64,000 nt of DNA from Byssovorax sp. (GTDB lineage: Bacteria; Myxococcota_A; Polyangia; Polyangiales; Polyangiaceae). The notes under the pieces are model-generated. The model was not told the DNA's origin. It worked only from the letters and a program-made list of their open reading frames with translations, and made no database searches. A program made the position numbers and the translations under genes. Shown in pieces: positions 1 through 10,118 of this stretch. Each line of letters starts with the position of its first letter. The stretch's first letter is position 1. The stretch lies in NCBI GenBank assembly GCA_046351295.1, contig JAXLYT010000035.1, positions 13,452 through 77,451 on the forward strand. Reading direction: 5' to 3'.

Positions 1-331
1 CGCCGCGATGGCCGCCCTCGTGCGCCACGACTGGCCAGGCAACGTCCGCGAGCTCGGCAACGTGATCGAGAAGGCCGTGGCGTTCGCCAGGGGCGACACC
101 CTCCGGGAAGAGGATCTCCGCCTCGGCGCCGCGCGCTCCATCCCGCCTCCATCGGTCCCTGCCCCGAGCAGGTCTCCCCGCCGGGCCCCCACCAAGGACG
201 CCGTGCTCGGCGCGCTCGCGGCCCACAAGGACATGGAGGCCGCCGCCCACGAGCTCGGGATCAAGATCAGGCGGATGGAGCAGCTCATCAAGGAGTACGA
301 GATCAAGCTCGAAAAGCACTGGCACGCTTGA
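1..331 (+). CDS. sigma-54-dependent transcriptional activator, C-terminal fragment (5' end lies outside the window)
   Basis: The translation contains [16 protein letters not shown], the hallmark end of the sigma-54 interaction (AAA+) domain. An HTH-like tail follows. The gene is truncated by the window edge. Confidence 0.7.
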   Translation, partial: AAMAALVRHDWPGNVRELGNVIEKAVAFARGDTLREEDLRLGAARSIPPPSVPAPSRSPRRAPTKDAVLGALAAHKDMEAAAHELGIKIRRMEQLIKEYEIKLEKHWHA

Positions 332-1299
332 CAGTGGAGCGAGGTCCCATGGCCGATACCACCGTTGCCTATTGCCTCCTCTGCGGGCGAGCAGTGCCCG
401 CCAACACGCCTCTGCCGAGGCTCTGCGCGGGCTGCACGGGCCTCGGTCATCGCGCGCCGTCCGGCCCGCCGCCCGCCCCTGCGATCCCGGGATACGAGGG
501 GCTGTCGCGGCTCGCCGAGGGCGGCATGGGAGTGGTCTTCTCCGCGCGCCGGATCGCCGACGGCGTGCCCGCCGCCATCAAGGTGCTCCGGCACGACCTG
601 TGGAAGAGCAGGCCGATGGCAGAGGACTTTCTCACCGAGATCCGGCTCCTCGGCGAGCTCAGGCACCCGGGCATCGTGGCGCTCTACGAGGCCGGGCCCC
701 TGCCGGATGGGCTCTATTATGCCATGGAGCTCTGCGAGGAAGGGAGCGTGGCGGCGCGGGTGAGCCGGGCCGGCCCCCTGTCCTGGGCCGAGGCCAAACC
801 TCTCGTTCATGAGGCCCTCGAAGCGCTCTCTTTCATCCACGAGCGCGCCGTCGTCCACCGGGACATCAAGCCGCAAAACCTCCTTTTGCGCGCGGGCGGC
901 GCGGTGAAGATCGCCGATCTCGGCCTCGCGCGCAGCTTCCGGGACGCGACGTACCGGCGCACCGCGACGGGCGCTCCCGCCCTCGGGACATGGCGCTTCA
1001 TGCCCGCCGAGCAGCTCGCCGACTACAAGCACGTCCGACCCGCCACCGATCAATGGGCGATGGCCGCGACGATCCGCTGGATGCTCACCGGCCGGGGCCC
1101 GCGCGACATCCCGGACGGCGCCGGTGAGCCGGAGGTGCTCGCGATCATCGAGGATCCAAGCTCGATCCTGCCCCTGGGCGAGCACCGGGCCGGCCTCCCC
1201 CCGCGCGTCGCCGCGGCGCTCGACCGGGCGCTCGCCTTCGATCCGAACGACCGATTCCCCACCACCCGCGCGCTGCTCGCTGCCCTCAAGGAAGCGTGA
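328..1299 (+). CDS. Ser/Thr protein kinase with N-terminal Cys-rich zinc-ribbon
   Basis: Hanks kinase motifs GGMGVVF...[14 protein letters not shown] and DLGLAR are present. The N-terminus carries CLLCGR...CAGC. The gene overlaps the upstream stop by 4 bp. Confidence 0.85.
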   Translation: MTVERGPMADTTVAYCLLCGRAVPANTPLPRLCAGCTGLGHRAPSGPPPAPAIPGYEGLSRLAEGGMGVVFSARRIADGVPAAIKVLRHDLWKSRPMAEDFLTEIRLLGELRHPGIVALYEAGPLPDGLYYAMELCEEGSVAARVSRAGPLSWAEAKPLVHEALEALSFIHERAVVHRDIKPQNLLLRAGGAVKIADLGLARSFRDATYRRTATGAPALGTWRFMPAEQLADYKHVRPATDQWAMAATIRWMLTGRGPRDIPDGAGEPEVLAIIEDPSSILPLGEHRAGLPPRVAAALDRALAFDPNDRFPTTRALLAALKEA

Positions 1300-1439
1300 T
1301 GTCGCGCTGCGCGGGGCTCCTCCCCGGCGCCCCGCCGGGTAGAGCGGGCAATTCCTCGCGCCCCTCCTTGCCAGGGAGCGGCCGCGCCCCCACCGTTGAG
1401 CCGCCTGCCAGCGCCGCACCGCGCGCTGTCCGGAGGACC

Positions 1440-2792
1440 ATGCAAAACCCCTTCTCCCGCTCGCCCAAGCCCCGTGAGGGCCTCCCGGTCCTGCCAGGCG
1501 CCTTCCCCCTGGTCGGGCATATTCCGGCCCTCTACCGCGGCGCCGCGACCGTCCTTTCGCGCGCCCGCGCCGAGCACGGGCCGCTCTTCTGGATCACCCT
1601 CGGCAGCGGCACATGGGTCCTCGTCTGCACGGGCCCCGAGGCGTTCGACGTCTTCCGGCACCCGGCCTTCGACAGCTCGCACCTGCCGGCCATCTCGCCC
1701 CTCGTCGCCGGCCATTCGATCCTCGCCCTCGACGGCCCCCCGCACCGCCGGATGCGCAGCGCCCTCAACAAGCCCTTTCAGCCGCGCGGCTTGACCGCCG
1801 GCAAGGTCGGCGAGGTCACCGCCGAGACGCTCTCCGCCATGATCGAGCGCTGGGCCGCCGCGGGCGAGGCCCGCGTGCTCCCGGACGTGCAGGAGGCCGC
1901 GCTCGCCATCATCTTCGGCATCCTCGGCGTGAAGCCCTCGGATCTCGCCGCGTGGCGTGTCCACTACCGCGCCTTGCTCCTCGCCAACACCGGCATCAAG
2001 GCGCGCTTCCCCGGCTCCCCGGCCGTGCGCGCCGAGCGCGCCAAGGTGTGGATCGACGCCCGCTTCGCCGAGCTCGTCGCCGGCGCGCGCAGCCATGGCG
2101 ATCGCGAGACGCTCCTCGGCGCCATCGTCCACGCCGAGGACGACGAGGGCCACCCGCTCGCCGACGCCGAGATCCTCGACAATTTGCGCCTGCTCGTGCT
2201 CGGCGGCCACGAGACCATCTCCTCGGCGCTGTCGTTCATGACCGTCGAGCTCGCCACCCACCCCGCCGCCTGGGACGCGCTCGCCGCCGAGGCCGTCGCG
2301 ACCGATCACCCGCCCGTGACCCTCGCCGAGGCCAGGCGCCTGCCCTTCGCAGAAGCCATCTTCCGCGAGTCGCTCCGCCTCCACCCGCCCTTCAGCCTGA
2401 TCACCCGCGTGGCCATCGCCGACGCCGAGATCGCCGGCCGCCGCGTGCCCAAGGGCTCGCTCGTGGGCATCGATCTGCGCGGCCTCGGCCGCGATCCCGC
2501 GGCCTTCCCCGACCCCGAGCGCGTCGTCCCCCAGCGCTGGATCGGCCGCGATCGCAGCCCGACGCCCCTCGAGCTCTCCCCCTTCGGCGCCGGCGCCCAC
2601 TTCTGCCTCGGCTACCACCTGGCCTGGCTCGAGGCCGTCTCCTTCGCCGCCACCCTGGGCCGGACGATGGGGCAACGCGGCCTCCGCCCCACGCTCACCA
2701 CCGCGCGCCCGCCGGGCTCGATCTTCCTCCCCACGGAGCATCCGCCGGCGAGCACGAAGATCCGCTTCGTCCCGCGCGAACAAGCAGCCTGA
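1440..2792 (+). CDS. cytochrome P450
   Basis: The heme-binding loop FGAGAHFCLGYHLA is present, along with an ETxR-like ESLR motif. The N-terminus has the proline-rich LPVLPGAFPLVGH motif. The ATG at 1440 was chosen inside the longer ORF 1296..2792. Confidence 0.85.
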   Translation: MQNPFSRSPKPREGLPVLPGAFPLVGHIPALYRGAATVLSRARAEHGPLFWITLGSGTWVLVCTGPEAFDVFRHPAFDSSHLPAISPLVAGHSILALDGPPHRRMRSALNKPFQPRGLTAGKVGEVTAETLSAMIERWAAAGEARVLPDVQEAALAIIFGILGVKPSDLAAWRVHYRALLLANTGIKARFPGSPAVRAERAKVWIDARFAELVAGARSHGDRETLLGAIVHAEDDEGHPLADAEILDNLRLLVLGGHETISSALSFMTVELATHPAAWDALAAEAVATDHPPVTLAEARRLPFAEAIFRESLRLHPPFSLITRVAIADAEIAGRRVPKGSLVGIDLRGLGRDPAAFPDPERVVPQRWIGRDRSPTPLELSPFGAGAHFCLGYHLAWLEAVSFAATLGRTMGQRGLRPTLTTARPPGSIFLPTEHPPASTKIRFVPREQAA

Positions 2793-2862
2793 TCGCGCCG
2801 TTGTTTCCCCGCGGCCGAGCCGGCGATACGCTCGCTGCCTCGACCCCCTGACGGCCCGTCCC

Positions 2863-4437
2863 ATGCGCGCATATCTGCTCTCGATTCCCCTGCTCCTCGC
2901 CGGCTGCTCGCTGCCGATGCCCCCGCCGCCTCCGGCGCCCCCCTCGCTCCCGGCGGTGCTCCTCGCGCCCCCGCCTTGCGAGAAGAAGCCCGAGGCGCCC
3001 GGCCGGATCACCTTCCGCGTCACCCGCGCCCCCGACCCGAGCGGCGCGCCCATGAGCGGCCGCCTCCTCGTCTTCATGTCGAGCGACAAGGAGCGCCAGC
3101 CCGTGCTCGGTCCCGGCTTTGGCACCCTCGATCCGGCCTTTGCCGCGGCGGACGTCGACGCCCTCGCCCCGGGGCAAACCATCGACCTCGACCCGGACAA
3201 GATGGCCTTTCCTCGTCCCTTCTCCGAGCTCCCCGCGGGCGACTATCAAATCATGGCCGTCCTCGACCCCGATCACGGCTTTCCGCACACCCTTCAGGTA
3301 GACAACGACCTCTACGGCCCTGTCGAGCAGGTGACGATCGACCCGGCCCACGCCGGCACCATCGCGCTCCGCCTCGACCAGAAGAGCACGCATGGCCCCC
3401 TCATCCCGCCCGAGGGCGTCGTGCCCGTGGCTCTCCCGAGCCTCAAGCTCTCGGCCTTCTTCGGCCGCCCGGTGCAGATCGAGGCCTTCGTCCTCCTCCC
3501 GAAGACCGCCGACCAGAAGAAGCGCTTCCCCACCGCCTATCTCATCCCGGGCTTCGGCAGCTCCGATGAGAGCCGCCTCCGCCGCGCCAAGATCCTCCGC
3601 GAGGCGATGGATAAACCCCCCTTCAGCGACATCGCGCTCGTCTACCTCAAGGGCGAAGTCCCGACGGGCCATCATGTCTTCGCCGACTCCCCGGGCACCG
3701 GCCCCTGGGGCGCCGCCCTCGTCGAGGAGCTGATTCCCATGCTCGAAAAGCTCTTCCCCCTCATCGCCCGCCCCGAAGCCCGCTTCCTCACGGGCCACTC
3801 CTCGGGCGGATGGTCCTCCCTCTGGCTCCAGATCAACCACCCCGACTTCTTCGGCGGTACCTGGTCCACCTCCCCTGATCCGGTGGATTTTCACGCCCTC
3901 TTCGGCACCGATGTCTCGCCCGGCGCGACCGACAACTTCTACCGCGATCACGACGGCAAGCCCAAGAGCGGCTGGCGCGACGGGCCGAAGACGCTCTTCA
4001 CCTTCGAGCAGCTCATCCGCTACGAGGACGTGCTCGGTCGCGACGGCGGTCCGTTCTCCACCCTGGAGTGGGTGTTCTCCCCCCGCGGCCCGCACGGCAA
4101 GCCCTTGCCCCTCTTCGATCGACGCACCGGCGTGCCCGACCCGGAGGTGCAGAAGGCCTGGGCGCGCTGGGACATCCACCATGTGCTCGAATCCCGCTGG
4201 AGAGAGCTCGGTCCCCGGCTCAAAGGCAAGCTCCATGTCTGGGCCGGCGCGGAGGACAACTTCCACCTCGAAGAGGGGGTGAAGAGGCTCTGCGCCTTCC
4301 TGAAAGAAAAGGGCAGCGACGCCACCTGCGAGATCGTCCCCGGCAAGGACCACTTCAACCTCTACGGCCAGAGCTATACCGCGGAAGATGGGCTCCTCGT
4401 CCGCATCCTCCGCGACATGCTGGCCAAGAAACGCTGA
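2863..4437 (+). CDS. lipoprotein, alpha/beta-hydrolase 'putative esterase' family
   Basis: A lipobox LLLAGCS follows the signal peptide. A GHSSGGW nucleophile elbow (GxSxG) is present. Overall similarity is to the esterase D / enterochelin esterase family. Confidence 0.65.
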   Translation: MRAYLLSIPLLLAGCSLPMPPPPPAPPSLPAVLLAPPPCEKKPEAPGRITFRVTRAPDPSGAPMSGRLLVFMSSDKERQPVLGPGFGTLDPAFAAADVDALAPGQTIDLDPDKMAFPRPFSELPAGDYQIMAVLDPDHGFPHTLQVDNDLYGPVEQVTIDPAHAGTIALRLDQKSTHGPLIPPEGVVPVALPSLKLSAFFGRPVQIEAFVLLPKTADQKKRFPTAYLIPGFGSSDESRLRRAKILREAMDKPPFSDIALVYLKGEVPTGHHVFADSPGTGPWGAALVEELIPMLEKLFPLIARPEARFLTGHSSGGWSSLWLQINHPDFFGGTWSTSPDPVDFHALFGTDVSPGATDNFYRDHDGKPKSGWRDGPKTLFTFEQLIRYEDVLGRDGGPFSTLEWVFSPRGPHGKPLPLFDRRTGVPDPEVQKAWARWDIHHVLESRWRELGPRLKGKLHVWAGAEDNFHLEEGVKRLCAFLKEKGSDATCEIVPGKDHFNLYGQSYTAEDGLLVRILRDMLAKKR

Positions 4438-4449
4438 CTGGAGAGCCCC

Positions 4450-5793
4450 ATGGCCTTGCCCCCCGGCCCCTGGACTCCCGGCATCATCGCCCTGCTCTCC
4501 TGGATGCGCTCGCCCATCGAGAGCTTCGCCGAGGGCTTCGCGCGCTGGGGCGATGTCTACACCATCAAGAACCCCCTCTTCGGCCGCGAGGTGGTCATCT
4601 CCCACCCCGCCCTGGTCAAGCAGATCTTCACGGGCGATCCCGACGTGTACCACGCCGGCGAGGCCAACCTGGGTGTGGCCCCGGTGGTCGGCCCCCGCTC
4701 GGTGCTCCTGCTCGACGGCGCCGCTCACCACCGCGAGCGCAAGCTGCTCATGCCGCCCTTCCACGGCGAGCGGCTCGGCGTCTATGCCGAGGCCATCCGG
4801 TCCATCACCGAGCGGGTGATCGACGCGCTCCCGGCCGGTCAGGAGATCTCGATTCTCCCGGCCATGCAAGAGCTCACCTTCGATGTGATCCTGGAGACGG
4901 TGTTCGGCGCCCGGGAGCGCGACAGCGCCTCCATCGCCGCGCTGCGCGAGCGTCTGACCGCCCTCGTCGATCACGCGCAATCTCCCCTCGGGATGCTGTG
5001 GATGCTGCCCATGTTCCAGAGGGATCTCGGCCCGCTCACCGGCTGGGCCAGGCTCAAGCGTCATATCGCCGAGGCCGACGCGTCCATCTTCGAGATCATC
5101 GCGCAGGCGCGCGCCGCGGGCAGCGCCGCCGAGCCCCGGAGCGACGTGCTCTCCCTGCTCCTGTCCGCCCGCGACGAGGCCGGCGAGCCGATGAGCGACG
5201 GCGAGCTGCGCGACGAGCTCATCACGCTGCTCCTCGCCGGCCACGAGACGACCGCCGTGGCGCTCGCGTGGGCCATCGACGAGCTCGGCCATCGACCGGA
5301 GATCGTCGCGCAGATCGAGGCCGAGCTCCGCGCCGCCCCCGAGGGCGCGCCCGCTCCGCAGCCGTACCTCGACGCGGTGATCAAAGAGGTCCTCCGGCTG
5401 CACCCGATCGCGCCCATGCTCGTCCGCCGAACGGCCGCGCCCGTGACGCTGCGCGACTACGAGATCCCTCCGCAAACGTACCTCGTCATCTGCATCCACA
5501 ACGTCCACCACCACCCGGAGTTCTGGCCCTCCCCGGCCGAATTCCAGGCCGATCGCTTCCTCGGCAAGAAGGTCGATCCCTACGCGTATCTCCCCTTCGG
5601 CGGAGGCTCGCGCCGCTGCATCGGAATGGCCTTTGCCCTCCTCGAGATGCGTATCGTGCTCTCGACGTGGCTCAAGAAAGTGCGCTTTTCGACCCCTCGC
5701 CCGCCCGCCAAGACGACGCTGCGCAGCTTCCTGTTCGCGCCGGACGGCGGGACACGGGTGGTGATCGAGCCGCTGAGCTCCGCCGCGCCGTAG
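4450..5793 (+). CDS. cytochrome P450
   Basis: The heme loop FGGGSRRCIGMAFA and the I-helix motif AGHETT are present. Confidence 0.9.
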   Translation: MALPPGPWTPGIIALLSWMRSPIESFAEGFARWGDVYTIKNPLFGREVVISHPALVKQIFTGDPDVYHAGEANLGVAPVVGPRSVLLLDGAAHHRERKLLMPPFHGERLGVYAEAIRSITERVIDALPAGQEISILPAMQELTFDVILETVFGARERDSASIAALRERLTALVDHAQSPLGMLWMLPMFQRDLGPLTGWARLKRHIAEADASIFEIIAQARAAGSAAEPRSDVLSLLLSARDEAGEPMSDGELRDELITLLLAGHETTAVALAWAIDELGHRPEIVAQIEAELRAAPEGAPAPQPYLDAVIKEVLRLHPIAPMLVRRTAAPVTLRDYEIPPQTYLVICIHNVHHHPEFWPSPAEFQADRFLGKKVDPYAYLPFGGGSRRCIGMAFALLEMRIVLSTWLKKVRFSTPRPPAKTTLRSFLFAPDGGTRVVIEPLSSAAP

Positions 5794-5843
5794 CACGGCA
5801 CCTCGCGTGCGCTCGGCGCTCGCGAGGAGCGACCGCCCCGGGG

Positions 5844-6260
5844 CTAGGAGAGCCCCGCGGTGTTGCAGAGCACCACGCGGAAGCCGTCGGGGTCTTCGTA
5901 CGTGAAGCTCTTGTCCTTCCAGTAAGGGTTCTCCGGCTCGACCGGCGTGTGCCCGAGACCTTCGAGCCGGGCGCGCACCCCGTCGAGCTCCGTGCGGTCG
6001 GGGATGTAGAGCACGAGGAGGTTATCGCGGCTGGGCGCCGGGCAAGGGCTCCCCGCCTCGTGATGGACGAACTCGAGGTGATAGTCGTGCCCTGGCAAGC
6101 CGAGCATGACGCCGTCGTACCCGGCGTGGCCGGTGAACGAGGCGATGCGCGGGAGGCCGAGGCCTTGCTCGTAGAAGGCGACGACATCTGCCAGCTTGTC
6201 GGTGGGGCGGGCGACGCGGACCTGGGCGATATGGGCACCATTCGGCCATGCTCGGGACAT
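5844..6260 (-). CDS. VOC family (glyoxalase/bleomycin-resistance/dioxygenase fold) protein
   Basis: A 138-aa product starting MSRAWPNGAHIAQVRV was found inside a long spurious ORF. Paired beta-alpha-beta-beta-beta modules carry His/Glu residues typical of VOC proteins. Confidence 0.7.
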   Translation of the reverse strand: MSRAWPNGAHIAQVRVARPTDKLADVVAFYEQGLGLPRIASFTGHAGYDGVMLGLPGHDYHLEFVHHEAGSPCPAPSRDNLLVLYIPDRTELDGVRARLEGLGHTPVEPENPYWKDKSFTYEDPDGFRVVLCNTAGLS

Positions 6261-6313
6261 GGGCCGTCGGTAGCACGATCCGGCGCGATCGGGAACCCTG
6301 TCTCTTTCTTTGT

Positions 6314-7546
6314 CTACGACCCGAGCACCCACTGCCCCGCTGCGGCCATGGCGATCACCACGGCCCACGAAGGTGCCTTCCACTGCTCCAGCAGGCCAAA
6401 GGCCAAGAGCGCTGCCACCACATCGCGGCTCGTCCGCACGCTCTCCGTGAACACGGGAGTATAGAGCGCGGCGAGCAGCACCCCCACCACCGAGGCATTC
6501 GCACCCGCGAGCGCGGCCTGCGCCCAGCGCTTCTCGCGGATTCGATGCCAGAATGGCAATGTCCCGCCGATCAGCAACCACGCAGGCAGGAAGATCGCGA
6601 CGAGGCATAATACCCCGTTTTGCCAATGCGGCCCGTCGGGGCTCATCGCCGTTCCGAGATAGGCCGTGAAGGTGAACATCGGCCCGGGGAGCACCTGCGC
6701 GGCGCCGTAGCCGGCCAGGAATTGATCGTTGGTCAACCACCCGCGCGGCACCACCTCGGCGCGCAGGAGCGGTAAGACCACGTGGCCGCCGCCGAACACG
6801 AGCGATCCGGAGCGGTAGAAGCTGTCGAAGACAGCGAGCGATCGCGAGCCCGTCGCCGACGCGAGCGCGGGCAAGGCCACGAGCAGCGCACCGAACACGA
6901 GCAGCGCCAGGGCGGCGGCGACGTGGCCGCGCGCGCTCACCGGCGAGGTCGGCGCGCCTCCTGCGGTGGCGCTCTCGCGGTAGAGCCGGAGCCCCGCCAG
7001 CGCGCCGGCCGCGATGACGCCGAGCTGTGCGAGCGAGCCGGGCGCGGCGAGCAGCAGCGAGGCGGAGAGCAGGCAGATCGTGATGCGCGCGCGATCGGGG
7101 CAGAGCTTCTTGCCCATGCCCCAGACGGCCTGCGCGACGACGGCCACGGCGGCGAGCTTCAGGCCGTGCAGCCAGCCGGCGGTTCCGAGCGAGGAGAGGC
7201 GGGCGACGCCGTAGGCGAAGGCGATCATCAGCAGGGCAGAGGGCAAGGTGAAGCAGAACGAGGCGGCCATCGCCCCGAGCAGGCCGGCGCGGTGCATCCC
7301 GATCGCGAACACCACCTGGCTGCTCGCGGGGCCGGGGAGAAACTGGCAGAGCGCCACCAGGTCGCCGAGGTGGGCGTCGTCGAGCCAGCGGCGCTTTTCG
7401 ACGAGCTCGGCGCGGAAATAGCCGATATGGGCGACGGGTCCGCCGAACGACTGGCATCCGAGGCGCAGGAACGTCCACGCCACCTCACCGGCGAGGCGAA
7501 GAGGGGCCGGAGGCGGCCCGGCGGCGGGGGGCGCGGGCTCGCTCAT
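6314..7546 (-). CDS. chrA: chromate transporter ChrA (CHR family)
   Basis: Two homologous halves each carry the CHR signature, for example LGCQSFGGPVAHIGY and VFGGGHVVLPLL. It is a polytopic membrane protein. The start was chosen at MSEPAPP (7546). Upstream ATGs exist. Confidence 0.8.
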   Translation of the reverse strand: MSEPAPPAAGPPPAPLRLAGEVAWTFLRLGCQSFGGPVAHIGYFRAELVEKRRWLDDAHLGDLVALCQFLPGPASSQVVFAIGMHRAGLLGAMAASFCFTLPSALLMIAFAYGVARLSSLGTAGWLHGLKLAAVAVVAQAVWGMGKKLCPDRARITICLLSASLLLAAPGSLAQLGVIAAGALAGLRLYRESATAGGAPTSPVSARGHVAAALALLVFGALLVALPALASATGSRSLAVFDSFYRSGSLVFGGGHVVLPLLRAEVVPRGWLTNDQFLAGYGAAQVLPGPMFTFTAYLGTAMSPDGPHWQNGVLCLVAIFLPAWLLIGGTLPFWHRIREKRWAQAALAGANASVVGVLLAALYTPVFTESVRTSRDVVAALLAFGLLEQWKAPSWAVVIAMAAAGQWVLGS

Positions 7547-7709
7547 GGAACCTGGCTCGGCGTCATCGCGGCCTGAAACAAGGAGCAGGGGGCGTACGCT
7601 GTCAACTCTTTTGGTCCCTGCCAGGCCTGGGCGCCGGCGTGACGCGCGCAAGTTGCTCCCGCGCGGCCCGGGCCCTACCATCGCGCGCCGAACCTTCGAG
7701 GAGCGCGCC

Positions 7710-8660
7710 ATGACCAAGGCCTGGGACGATCGGATCAGCGAGACGTACACTTTTCTCCGGGCCTATTCCGTGGGGTCGAACGCCCAGTATGCGAGGCAGC
7801 TCGTCGAGCACCTGCAGCACCAGGCGAACAACGCCCATAACCTCCAGGCGATCAGCAACGCCATGGCCCAGGGGGGCGGGTCGAGCAACACGACCGCCAA
7901 GGACAACCGCAAGAAGCGCCGGTCCATCATCTTCATCCGGTGCCTCATGCACAACCACGTCCCGGCCGTGGCCTCGTCCGCGGTGTCGAGCATCCCCGAC
8001 ACGATGCTCGACAGTCAGCTCAACTACGAGATCGGGCTCGCTCGCAACAACGTCATCCAGGCGCTCAACACCGCCTTCGCGCAGCTCACCAACAACACCG
8101 CGACCTTCCTCCAGAACAACTCGATCTGGGTGCGCAGCAACACCTCGCGGGGCGTGCAGACCTTCCAGCTCTCGCACGACCCGACGCAGAGCCGCTACCG
8201 GATCGAGCCCCTCGGCATCACGCCGCAATTCTTCGGGACCACGGTGCAGATCAACCACATCCCGGTCACGCGATACTCCACCGTGCAGAACACGCTCGGG
8301 CAGATCGACGGCGTCGATCTCGACGTGAACCACGTGGCGCTGACGACGCAGCTCACCGGCTGTTCGTACATGTACGAGATCAACGGCAACGCGATGCAGG
8401 CCGCGCACCTCTGGCCCGCGAGCGACATCGCCCCCATGACCCTGACGACGACCCTCCGCAACGCGCCCGCCGCCTTTCAGAACGGCAGCGCGGGCGGGGA
8501 GGTCATCTTCGGCGCCGCGGTGGGGAACACCACCACCGGATACATCCACACCGGCACCTGGACGTACCTGGTCGCCGTCTACGCCGGAGGCTGGCAGCTC
8601 CACGCCCAGCAGGTGCCCCAGGGCAAGAGCGCCCCGATCACGTACACGCGCGTGGTGTAA
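7710..8660 (+). CDS. hypothetical protein, Asn/Gln/Thr-rich with conserved-looking Cys...His pair
   Basis: The ORF has high GC3 but low overall GC, because of its N/Q/T/I-rich composition. The C-terminal segment LTGCSYMYEINGNAMQAAHLWP places a Cys and a His 15 residues apart. No family was recognised. Confidence 0.5.
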   Translation: MTKAWDDRISETYTFLRAYSVGSNAQYARQLVEHLQHQANNAHNLQAISNAMAQGGGSSNTTAKDNRKKRRSIIFIRCLMHNHVPAVASSAVSSIPDTMLDSQLNYEIGLARNNVIQALNTAFAQLTNNTATFLQNNSIWVRSNTSRGVQTFQLSHDPTQSRYRIEPLGITPQFFGTTVQINHIPVTRYSTVQNTLGQIDGVDLDVNHVALTTQLTGCSYMYEINGNAMQAAHLWPASDIAPMTLTTTLRNAPAAFQNGSAGGEVIFGAAVGNTTTGYIHTGTWTYLVAVYAGGWQLHAQQVPQGKSAPITYTRVV

Positions 8661-8820
8661 GGCCCGCTCACGCCGGTTCCGGCAGCAGCAGATTGATCCA
8701 CATATTCCGCGGCGATCTGCCGCGAAGAGCCACGGATGGACCGCCGCTGAACCAGCGCCGACGATCCGCCGGCCGGTCGTTCCCGATTTCGCAATTCTCC
8801 GCGCCGCCCTTTCCGCTAAG

Positions 8821-10104
8821 GTGCTCCGCGTGAGCCACTTCCGCACCACCATCTTTCCCCTCTTCCTGATGCTCGTCACCCCCGTGGTGATCATCATCGT
8901 CTGGATGACCGCCACGCAGTACGACGGCTCCCTCCTTCGCTTCTTCAGCACCATCGACTGGCCGACCCTCGCCCGCACCTGGCCCGCGCCGAGCCTCACG
9001 GCCGCCAAGATCATCGGCGCGTTCGCGGCCTTCGAGGCCGTGCTGATGGTCGCCCTGCCCGGCAAGACACACCTCGGCCCGGTCACGCCGACGGGCAACC
9101 GCCCGCGCTACAAGCTCAACGGCATCCCCGCTTACGTGGTGACGCACGCCGCCTTCTTCGTCGCCGCCTACCCGCTGCATCTCTTCTCCCCGTCGATCGT
9201 CTACGACAACTTCGGCTCGATCCTCACCACCATCAACCTCTTCGCCCTCGCCTTCTGCGCCTTCCTCTACGTCAAGGGCGTCTATTTCCCCTCGTCGAGC
9301 GACGCCGGCCGGAGCGGCAATTTCATCTGGGATTTTTACTGGGGCGTGGAGCTCCACCCCCACCTCGGGTCGTTCAACATCAAGCAGTTCACCAACTGCC
9401 GGGTGGGGATGATGGGCTGGAGCGTGCTCCTCTTCGCCTTCATGGCGAAGCAGTACGAGGCGACGGGCCATGTGTCGACATCGATGCTCGTCTCCGTGTT
9501 CATCCAGGTCGTCTACATCATCAAGTTCTTCTGGTGGGAGAGCGGCTATTTCGGCTCCCTCGACATCATGCACGACCGGCTCGGCTACTACATCTGCTGG
9601 GGCGTCCTCTGCTGGATCCCGGGCACCTACGCGCTCGTCGGCCTGTATCTCGTGAACCACCCGATCGAGCTCCACCCGGCGTATTCGGCCCTCTGCGTGA
9701 TCCTCGGCCTCGGCTCGATCTGGGCGAACTACGACGCCGACGCCCAGCGCCAGCGGGTGCGCGAGACCGAGGGGCAGACCATGGTCTGGGGGAACCCGCC
9801 GGTGCTCATCAAGGCGAGATACACGACGACCGACGGCAAGGAGCGGGAGAACCTCTTGCTCGCCTCGGGCTGGTGGGGATTGGCCCGCCACTTCCACTAC
9901 GTGCCGGAGATCCTCCTCTCGCTCGCGTGGACGTTGCCCGCCATGTTCACCCACGCCCTGCCCTACTTCTACGTGGTCTACTTGACCATCCTCCTCACCG
10001 ACCGCTCCGGCCGCGACGAGAAGCGCTGCGCCGAGAAATACGGCGACGACTGGGAGAAATACCGGAAGGCGGTCCCCTACCGCATCATCCCCGGGATCTT
10101 TTGA
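8821..10104 (+). CDS. sterol reductase family protein (ERG4/ERG24; 7-dehydrocholesterol / C14 / C24(28) reductase-like)
   Basis: It is a polytopic membrane protein. The C-terminal signature is LLxSGWWGxxRHxxYxxE...YxxYxxxVPxRxIP, as in ERG4/ERG24/DHCR7. Confidence 0.8.
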   Translation: MLRVSHFRTTIFPLFLMLVTPVVIIIVWMTATQYDGSLLRFFSTIDWPTLARTWPAPSLTAAKIIGAFAAFEAVLMVALPGKTHLGPVTPTGNRPRYKLNGIPAYVVTHAAFFVAAYPLHLFSPSIVYDNFGSILTTINLFALAFCAFLYVKGVYFPSSSDAGRSGNFIWDFYWGVELHPHLGSFNIKQFTNCRVGMMGWSVLLFAFMAKQYEATGHVSTSMLVSVFIQVVYIIKFFWWESGYFGSLDIMHDRLGYYICWGVLCWIPGTYALVGLYLVNHPIELHPAYSALCVILGLGSIWANYDADAQRQRVRETEGQTMVWGNPPVLIKARYTTTDGKERENLLLASGWWGLARHFHYVPEILLSLAWTLPAMFTHALPYFYVVYLTILLTDRSGRDEKRCAEKYGDDWEKYRKAVPYRIIPGIF

Positions 10105-10118
10105 CGAGGAGAACACCA

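Noticed and set aside
1050-5796. Very long antisense ORFs (1050..3200 -, 2695..5796 -), each overlapping genuine forward-strand genes
   Set aside because: Their translations are Arg/Ala/Gly-rich low-complexity. These are typical frame artefacts of 72% GC DNA lying opposite real genes (P450s, esterase). They show no motifs or plausible starts.
7710-8660. Horizontal acquisition of the low-GC hypothetical gene
   Set aside because: Third-codon positions stay G/C-rich (aac, cag, acc, atc). The GC drop is explained by the Asn/Gln/Thr/Ile-rich protein composition, not by foreign codon usage.
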